DNA of 64,000 bases from assembly GCA_963839865.1 (NCBI GenBank), contig CAWIWS010000020.1:569814-633813 (forward strand), given 5' to 3'. Position 1 is the first letter of the stretch; the number at the start of each line of letters is the position of its first letter. This DNA is from an uncultured Acidobacteriota bacterium. GTDB taxonomy: Bacteria > Acidobacteriota > Vicinamibacteria > Vicinamibacterales > UBA2999. A program made the translations under genes and the position numbers. Positions 21,460 to 30,000 of the stretch are shown piece by piece. The notes beneath the pieces are model-generated. The model was not told the DNA's origin and searched no databases. It saw only the letters and a list, made by a program, of their open reading frames with translations.

Positions 21460-21523
21460 CGTTCAGCCCGGCGGTTCAGCGCTTGGGTTCAGCACGATGG
21501 TTCAGCGCAAGGTCAGCGCGCGG
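21460..21523. repeat. four to five tandem 13-bp repeats of the same GGTTCAGC(G/A)C family
   Basis: CGTTCAGCCCGGC GGTTCAGCGCTTG GGTTCAGCACGAT GGTTCAGCGCAAG GGTCAGCGCGCG. Lies between the NYN-LOTUS gene stop and the DUF1835 start. Confidence 0.8.
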
Positions 21524-23205
21524 GCGACTTCCGCTTGCGCGCGACGGGCGCCTTCTTCTTCTCCGCAGCGGCAGCCGGGGCCTTGCGCGCGCGGGTGGCG
21601 CGCTTGGGCTTGGCGGCGCGCGCCGTCGGCTCGGCTTCGTTGCCGGGCTCGGGTCCGGAGGTCTCGGCCTCGTCGATTTCCTCGACTTCCGCGTCGATCA
21701 CGACCGGGGCCGGCAGGGCTTCGTTGCCGGGCGACGGGCCCTCACCGCTGTCGTCCAGGACCGGCGCGGCGTTCACCACGAGGCCCCACCCGTGCGGCAG
21801 GCTCTTGCTCGCGGTGGCCGCGTTGCTGAACACGCGGAGCGCGCCCTGGCGATCGCGTTCGAGGCGCAGGATGCCGTCCTTCTGGCACGCGCGCATCAAT
21901 TCGGCGATGGAGCCGAAGCGGCGTTCGTCGAAGTCGGGCTGCACCGTGCGCAGGAACTGCTTGAACTGCCGCGGATACATCGGCCACCGCGGTGGCGTCG
22001 TGGCCTCCGCGAGCGCGCGACGCACGACGGCCACGCCGTCGCCAAGCGACGCGGTGCTTTCCGAGCGATCCTGGGGTTCGGCGCCGGGACGTTCCTTGTT
22101 GCCGATCTCCCTGACGTCGGTGTCCATGTCGTCGCCGTCGCCTCCGCCCGCCTCGAGCAGCTCACGCGCGGCGCGGCGGCCCGCTTCACGAGCCGCGGAA
22201 ACCGGATCGGCGGACTCGAAGCGCGAGACACGGTCCGGTCGTTCAGCACGGCCGACGGGTTCAACGCGTTCAACGGGTTCGACTCGTTCAACGCGTTCGG
22301 TGAGTTCGCCTGTTTCAGAACCGGTTGAACCCGTTGAACCAGTTGAACCCGTTGAACCGCGTTGAACCCGTTGAACCCGTTGAACCTGTTGAACCCGCAG
22401 ACTCCATCTCATTGAGCTCCACCAGCGTGCTGCGACCCTGGTGCTTCAACGACACCAGGCCGTGCTGCGCCAGCTTGTCCGCGAAGTCGCGGAAGCTGCT
22501 GACGCCGTAGTCACGCTCGGAGAAGGACGAGTCCAGCTGGAGCAGCGTGCTCTTGAGCAGGCCCAGTTGCGGCGAGACCTCGCGGTCGGCCAACACCTTG
22601 AGCGCGCGCTTGACGAGCGTGAACGCCTGCTCGACGGGCTGCGTGCCACTGGCCACGGCGCGCGGGCGCTCGCCGCGCTCGTGTCGCGGATGGCTGGCGG
22701 CCCGGCCCCGGTCCGGGACGATGTTCTCGTAGGCGATGAACTCGGTGCAGTTCTTCTGCATCACCTGGCTGGTGAAGGCGCGACCGCCGACGACGAAGAC
22801 CTTGCGATCGTACTGCTTCAGTTTCTCGACGAGCGTGATGAAGTCGCTGTCGCCGCCCACGATGACGAAGGCGTTGATGTGGGAGTGCGTGAACGCCATC
22901 TCCAGCGCGTCGAGCGCGAGGTTGATGTCGGCGCCGTTCTTGTCGCCGCCGGGCGTCATGACGCGCTGCACGAGGCGCACGGCGTGATTCGCCATCGCGC
23001 GGCCGTAGTCGCCCGAGCGCTTCCAGTCGCCATAGGCGACCTTGGTGATGATCTCACCACGCTCCTTGACGGCTTCGAGCACCGCGCCGATGTCGAATTG
23101 GAGGCCGAGTGTTGTTTTTACGCCGATCTCGACGTTGTCGAAGTCGATGAACACGGCGATCTTGAGTTTCTGGTCTGACATGTGATCCTTGCTGAGTACT
23201 GACAT
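21513..23205 (-). CDS. NYN (LabA/DUF88) nuclease-like domain + two OST-HTH/LOTUS domains + Lys/Ala-rich basic tail; one frameshift inside an internal repeat
   Basis: NYN: KIAVFIDFDNVEIG...FVIVGGDSDFITLVEKLKQYDRKVFVVG. LOTUS 1: LKSTLLQLDSSFSERDYGVSSFRDFADKLAQHGLVSL. LOTUS 2: FKQFLRTVQPDFDERRFGSIAELMRACQKDGILRL. Tail AAKPKRATRARKAPAAAAEKKKAPVARKRK. ORFs 22315-23205 and 21513-22412 overlap in the (GST)n repeat. Confidence 0.7.
22241..22396. repeat. inverted arrays of 9-bp repeats (GTTCAACNN x about 6 then GTTGAACCN x 8) inside the NYN-LOTUS coding sequence
   Basis: Left arm 22241-22310: GTTCAACGC GTTCAACGG GTTCGACTC GTTCAACGC.... Right arm 22324-22396: GTTGAACCC x8 variants. On the minus strand it encodes (GST)n and (ERVEPV)n. 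Confidence 0.85.
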
Positions 23206-23385
23206 CTGGCCTGAAGGCCTAAGGGTGCGGGGTGAGGACGGGAGCTGTGCTGACTTACCGGCTGGGGGGCAGTGTCTTCACGCCTCCGAGCCACCAAGTC
23301 TCCACGCCGTTCAACCGCAGGTGTACTGTTCAGTATACCCCGCGGCGGCACGAGCGTTGCAGAATAGACCCATTGGAGGCTTCAC

Positions 23386-23997
23386 ATGCGTAGGATATGC
23401 ACTCAATACCGGTCGGTTTCGGCTCTTTTGGTGATGGTGGCCGCGGCGACCGCGTGGGCGGTGCCGGCGGCGGCCCAGCGCCCGGAAGTGCAGAAGCTCT
23501 TCCAGGCGGGCTCCTACGACGAAGCCGTCGAGGCCGCCCAGGGCGCCGACCCCGCGTCGGCCTACCTGGCGGCGCAGGCGCTCCTCAAGCTCGAGCAGAA
23601 CGATCAGGCCGCGGCGGCGTTCCGGCAGATCCGCGCCGGCGGCGATGAGTCGTGGAAGCTCGTGGCCGAATCGGGCGAGGCGCTGATCGCCAACGACGGC
23701 GCACGCGCGCTCGACCTCGCGCAGCAGGCCGTGGCGGCCGGCGACACCTCGTGGGCGGAGTATCAACTCGGCCTCGCCGCGAGCAAGCAGAACGACTTCA
23801 ACACCGCGGTGCGCGCGTTCAACCGCTCGATCGAGCTGAAGGGCGACTTCGCCTACGCGCACTACTACGCCGCACTCGCCCACCAGCGTATCCGGCAGCT
23901 CTCGAAGGCCGCGGAGCAGTTCGAGGCCTTCCTCCGCCTCGCCCCCGACGCCCCGGAACGGCAGGCGGTGGTCGCGATTATGCGAACCCTCAAGTAG
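23386..23997 (+). CDS. secreted TPR-repeat protein
   Basis: Signal peptide LLVMVAAATAWAVPAAAQ. TPR-like helices: AEYQLGLAASKQNDFNTAVRAFNRSIELKGDFAYAHYYAALAHQRIRQLSKAAEQFEAFLRLAP. Confidence 0.65.
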   Translation: MRRICTQYRSVSALLVMVAAATAWAVPAAAQRPEVQKLFQAGSYDEAVEAAQGADPASAYLAAQALLKLEQNDQAAAAFRQIRAGGDESWKLVAESGEALIANDGARALDLAQQAVAAGDTSWAEYQLGLAASKQNDFNTAVRAFNRSIELKGDFAYAHYYAALAHQRIRQLSKAAEQFEAFLRLAPDAPERQAVVAIMRTLK

Positions 23998-24072
23998 AAA
24001 GTGGAAAGTAGAAAGTTGAAAGTAGAAAGTGAAAGGGCCTTTCCACTTTTCACTTTCCACCTTTCACTTTTT
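23997..24072. terminator. AT-rich GAAAGT-repeat hairpin between convergent genes (putative bidirectional terminator)
   Basis: GAAAGTG GAAAGTA GAAAGTT GAAAGTA GAAAGTGAAAGG GCC TTTCCACTTTTCACTTTCCACCTTTCACTTTTT. It abuts both stop codons. Confidence 0.6.
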
Positions 24073-27000
24073 AGAAGATGTGCCCAATCCCGACATACCA
24101 CCGGGCGCTCTTGAGGCTGTTGGCCGCGCGCGTGGAGGTCGGGGTGACCAGGTCGGCGGGGATCCCGACGTCCGCGCGCAGCAGGCCCACCGGCGTGTTG
24201 AGGCGCAGGCCGCCACCGTAGCCCACCTTCAGGCTCCCCAACGACAACGACTCGTCCTGGTGCGTGATGGTGCCGGCGTCGATGAACGCGACGCCGCCCA
24301 CCCACTTCGACAGGGTGAACCGCGCCTCCTCGTTAAGCACCACCATCGACTGGCCGCCCTCGGGCAGCCCGAAGAAGTCCGTCGGCCCGAGGCCGCCTTC
24401 CCCGTAGCCGCGCACCGTCGTGGCGCCGCCCGCGCGGAAGCGATCGCTCGGCAGCAGCTCGTCCGGCCCGAACACCAGGCCCAGCTGCGCGCGCGACGCG
24501 AGCACGAGGCGCCGACCCATCGGCGCGAAGTAGAACTGCTGCAGCAGCAGCTTGCGATTGGTCACGTCCGCCGCCAGCCAGTCCGCGGCCTGTTCCCAGG
24601 ACGCCGACGAGAACGTGCCGCGGCGCGAGTTCAGAGGGTCGTCACGCCGATCCCACAAGACGGCGGCTGTGATCCGGCCGAGGTTCGCCGTGAAGTCGAG
24701 CGGCAGCGGATCGATCGGTGACGGGTCGGGGTCGTAGGTGTGATTGCGCTCGTACCGGTATCCGTAGACCACCTGCACGCCGTTCCTGCGCCACCGCTGC
24801 TCCACGCTGGCGCCAATGCGATCGGCCAGCGCCGAGATTTCGTCCGCATCGTCGCGCAGGCGCTGGCGCTCGACAAAGCTGTAGAGCAGTGAGCGCGCGC
24901 GCCAGCCGAAAAGCCGGGACGTGCCAAAGAAGATGTTGGCGTCCTGGGTGTCGTATTGGTATTGCGCGAAGCCGCCGACCGTGAGCGCGCGGCCGAACAA
25001 GTTCTGGTTCTTCACTTCCGCCACGACGCCGAAGTTTTCCTTGCTGGCGAATTCCTCGATGGACGGCGTGCGTTCGCCTTCGAGCTGGAAGCCGTAGCGC
25101 AGGGTCCACTCCGGATATTCCTGCACCGTCACCGCCGCGCGAACCGGCTGGACGCCGTCGACGACGTCCCCGACCGGTTGGGCATCGATGTCCACGCGGC
25201 GAAACACGTTCGTGTCGTAGAGGCGCTTGCGCGCGACCGACCAGTCGTCCAGGTTGACGGGCTTGCCCACGGAGAAGCGCAGCGCCTCGGCCACGACGTT
25301 GGGATTGGTGTGGTCCGCGCCGGCGGTGGTGACCGCCTGCAGCACCTGCTGCGGTCCCTCGACCACCGCGAAAGTCACGACCACCGCGTCGCCGTCGCCC
25401 ACGGCGGTCTCGGCGTCCACTTCCGCCGCGTTGAACCCGTCCAGGCGGTACCGATCCGCGATCCGCTGCCGCGCGTCGCTCACCGCGGAGGAAACGAACG
25501 GCGACGGCGGCAGGATCATCGCCGCGCCGCGCGCGGCCGCGAGGCGCGTTTCAGCGACGCCTGAGAAGCGCACCTCGCTAATGCGCGCCTGCGGGCCCTC
25601 GACGATGCGCACGGGCAGCACGCCGGTGGTGTCCTCGATGTCCAGCGGACCGGCGGTAACGGCGGCCTTCAGGTATCCCGCGTCACGATACAGCGACTGA
25701 ATCGCGGTCGCCACGGCCGATGGATCGATCCACGCCTCCAGGTCCAGGCCCGCGCCGGTGACCTCGGCCTTCAGCCTGTCGGACGAGACGGCGGTGTTGC
25801 CCAGGAAGCGAATCTCGCGCGCCGTCACCGGCGCGCCAGGCGTCACGTCGATGCGCAGGCGCTTGGCGTCCGCCGACGGCCGCTCCATCGTGCCCACCAC
25901 GATGTTCGCGATGCTGCCGCTGGTGACGAGGTAACGACGCACGCGCGTGGTGACCTCGTCGATCAGGAACGGGTCGAACACGGTGCGCGTCCAGGCGGCC
26001 TGGAGCGCCTTGAGTTCCGAGGCGGGCAGGTCGGCGCCGCGCACCACCAGCGTCGTGACAGGGCCGGGGTCCACGCGGTATTCCAGCGTGATGCCGCGGC
26101 CGCCCTCGCCCTCGATCCGGCGCACGCGGACACGCGCCTCGAAGCGGCCCTGCGCGTGCAGGGCGTCGCGGACGGCGTCGATGTCGCGCTGCAGGTCGAG
26201 GAACTCGAGAGGGTCGCCGGGGCCGAGCTTGATGTGTTTCCGCGCGTCCGCCTCGACCGCCGGCGTGGCGTCCACGAACGTGACGGCCACCACCGTGGGG
26301 CGCGCGGCCCTCACGCTGCCCGGCGTCTGGCCGCCGCCGCCGAACGTGACCTGGTGGCGGATGCCGAGCCCCAGCGTCGCGTTGTCCCTCGAGAGACCGC
26401 GCAGTTCGAGGTTGGGCCAGGGGAAGTAGCTGACGATCACGGTGGACTTGCCGCTCTCGCGGAGGTTCTGCGACAGCGTGACCTCGACCTGGCTGCTGAC
26501 GCGCTTGGCGATGGTGAGGCGCGTGGCCGGATCGGCCTCGTTCGCCACGAGCAGGGGATCCTCGCGGAAGTCGGTGTCCACGTAGTCGCCGCGCTCCACG
26601 CGCAGCGCGTCGAGGCCGATCGCCCGGCCGGTGAGGCCGAGCACGTCGGCGGAGAGCAGCGTCAGCGCGCTGCCGGCCCCGGCGCCGCCGCCCACGATCT
26701 CCGCCGCCAGCTCGCCGCTGGTCTTCGAGCCGTCCTCCGACGTGAGGTCGATCGAGGGATGGTCCAGCGTGCCCGTCAGCGTCATCGTCACCGTGTCGGT
26801 GCCGACGCGGGCGTCGGCCGCGATGTTGAACTCGGGCTCGATGCGGCGAAGGTTGGTGAACGACACGTCGCCGCGCGTGAGGCGGAACGTGCGGCCGGCG
26901 AGATACACGCTCCCGGCCTCGCGCATCGTCACGCGGCCGGTCATGCCCGGGGCCGCCACGGTGCCGACGACGCGAAGGTTGGCGCCGGCCTCGAAGCGGC

Positions 27001-30000
27001 CATAGTTGTTGTCGACCACGATGTCCTCGGTGGTCGTCACGCCCAGGTTGAGGCGGATGCGATCGAGATAGGGCTGCGCGACAACGGGGACCGACGGCGC
27101 CGCCGTCCGGCGCGCGAGCGCGGCGAGCGAGATCGTGTCGGTGTAGGCGCTGCGTTGGACGCGGATGTCGCCGGTGACGGTCGGGGATTTCGGATCCGGC
27201 ACGAACGTGACGAGCCCGTCAATCTCGCTGCGCAGGCCCCTGGGAAATTCGAGCGCCACGCCCTCCGCGTTGATGAAGATGGCGCCACCCGAGAGTTCGC
27301 GGCCATCGATCTCCACCGAGCCGCCGATGGCCACCTTGCCGCCGTTGGCAAGGCCCGTGATGGCGCCGAGACGGATCGTCCGGCCCTCGAGCATGATCGG
27401 ACCCGCGAGCTCGGTCAGCACCATGCGCGGATCGGAGATCGCGAGCTCGGCGTCGGCCAGCGTGATGCGGCCCTGGAGCGAGGGCGCCTCGAAGGTGCCG
27501 GTTACGCGCGCGTCGAGGTCGGCGGTGCCGTCGAAGCCCACCGTGGGCGCGAACGCGGAGAGCACGCGGAGATCCACCAGGCCGGTGACCGACATCTCAA
27601 TCGGCGACTCGCGCTCCGACGAGAGGTCGAGGGTCCCCGACAGGTTGAGCGGGTTGCCGGCGACGGTCCAGGTCATGTCCGCGAGGGTCACGTGCCCCGT
27701 GGCGAGCTCGATGCGCGAGGGTCGCGCCTGCTCGACGGGCAAGCCGGAGAATGTGAACGACGCCGTCTCGAGGTCGAGCGAACCGTCGACCGCCTTCAAC
27801 TCGAACGTGGGCACGCGCGCGCGGCCGCTGGCGGAGAAGTCTCCCAGGATGCCGGCCGTCGCCACCGTGCCGGAGATGCGGGGCATCGTGAGCGTGTCGC
27901 CGTCGAGCGTGGCCTCCAGCGAGAGGTTCCGGAGCACCGGCGATTCCGCGGTGGGCCCCACGGTGGCGTCGCGCACGGCCAGCGTGGCCGACGTGCCCGC
28001 GCGCTGCCCGTTGGACCTGAACACCACCGAGACGGCGCCCGTGGCATCGGCCGTGACCGGCAGGCCGAAGGCGCGCCCCATCCGCACGAGCTCCTGCAGC
28101 GCGCCGTCGAAGGTCCCTTTCAGTTCGCCGTCGAGCCGATCGGTCCACTCCCCAGACGCACTGAGGCGCCCGGCCCCTACGCGCATGTTCACCTCGTCCA
28201 GCGTGAGGCGCTTGTCGACCAGGCTCAAGTGCGCGGGCGCGGTGAGCGCGAGGGGCACCCCGCCGACGGTGACGTCAATCTCCTGGAGGTTCGCGTAGAC
28301 GGTGGGATTGGTGTTGCCCTCGAGCGCGCCCGACGCGGTGGCGCTCAGGCTGACCGCGCCGAGGACGCCGCCTTCGAGCGCGTCGACCATCGCGGCCAGC
28401 GGCTCCAGCGTGACGCGGTTGAACGCGCCCGTGGCGCGGTACTGGTACGGCGCGGCCGTCTGCACCGTGCCCGTGACCAGCGCACCGAGCGACGGGGCGC
28501 GCGCCATGAAGCGCGCGTGGTCGCCCAGCAGGTCAACGGTGACGTCGCCGCTGCCCACCAGCGCGCCGGCGGTCCCGCCCGATACGGCGAACTCAATCCG
28601 TCCGGCGCCGGCCGGACGATCGATCGTGCCCGCACCATCGAACTGCGCCTGGAGCACCGCGTGGGTGTCGCCCTCTTTCAGGAGCGAGCCGGTCCACGTG
28701 AGGCCCTGGCCCTTCAGGCTCGCGGTGTAGCTGCCGGCGTCCCAGTCGTACCGCAGGCGCCCCGTGATGGCGCCCGCGCCTTCGCGCAGATCGATCGAGG
28801 TGATATCGACGGCCTCCGCGGTGACGCGCCCGGTGGCCACGAGGCTGTCGACGGATTGATCCGCGAAGGTCAGAGACTGCCCTTCCACCGTTCCATCAAG
28901 AAAGAACGCGTCGAACGTTCCGCCGAGCGTGGCGGTGGCGCGAATGGGTCCGCTCAGCCGCCACGCGTCCGGCAGCGCGGCTTCGAGCGCCGAGGCGTCG
29001 GGCGCGTTCACCTGCAAGGCACCGGTCAGCGTTTCTTTCGTGATGTTCGCCGTGACGTCTCCGGTCACGCGGGCCGTGCCGCGTGCGAGATCGATGGAGG
29101 ACACGGTCACGTCGCGGACGCTGCCCTCGACGTTGGCGCCGCCCCGGACGGCGCCCAGCGAGGGAACCTCCACGGCCTCGGTGGCGAGCCGGGCCTGGTA
29201 GCGGGGATCGGCGAAGGAACCAGACAGCACGATCGGCACGTCCACCGCGCCGTGCAGTTCGCGCACGATCGCGGGGATCGTGATGCCAAACGTCGAGAGA
29301 CTGGCGGCGGCCGTGGCGACGTCGAGGACCTGCGCGTGCGCATTGCCGGCGAGCGTGCTCCCCCCGGCTCCCGACTCCCGGCTTGCCCTGAGCTTGGTCG
29401 AAGGGCTCCCGACTCCCGATTCGATCTCCCCCTCCACCCGCCCGTCGACGTTGAGGCCGTCCATGTGATGCGCGTGATCGAGCGTCCAGCGATCTCCGAC
29501 GAGCCGGCCGTCGAGCGTGCCGCTCACCGCGACGAGGCCCTTGCCCGCGCTGGGCGTCGCACGGTTCGCGACCTGGAGCCGGCGCGGGGCGGAGGCCTCA
29601 AACGTCAGCGATCCCTCGAGCCGCGACCCGAGCGGCTGGGGCGCGACCTCACCCAGTCGCAACGCCGCGCGGGCATCGACGCCGTGCCACTCCGCGCGCG
29701 CCTGCGAGGGCGCGTCGCCGAAGGGCACGGTGAACGACGCGACGAGCGTGCCGCCCGTGGCGGGTGTCAACGTCACGCCGCCGCTCGTCACGGCATCGAG
29801 CGTGACGCGAATGGGCCCGGCGATGCGCAGGCCGCGCTCGAGGCCCACCGACAGGTCGTCGCCGCTGGTGGTGAAATCGATCGTGGGCTCGTCCGCGGGG
29901 CCCGTGATGGCGCCGGCGATCCGCACGGAGCCGGCGACGGCCACGGGCGGCGGCACCCACGCGGCGGCGGACGCCACGTCGGTCGTGCCGTCGAACGCCA

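Noticed and set aside
20395-22396. GTTC direct repeats as alpha-proteobacterial/Acidobacterium-type LexA boxes (GTTC-N7-GTTC, from memory)
   Set aside because: The spacing here is GTTC-N9-GTTC (13-bp arrays) or GTTC-N5-GTTC (9-bp arrays), not N7, and the copy number is far above a normal operator.
20395-22396. CRISPR array
   Set aside because: Repeat periods are 9-13 bp with no unique spacers, and there are no cas genes in the window.
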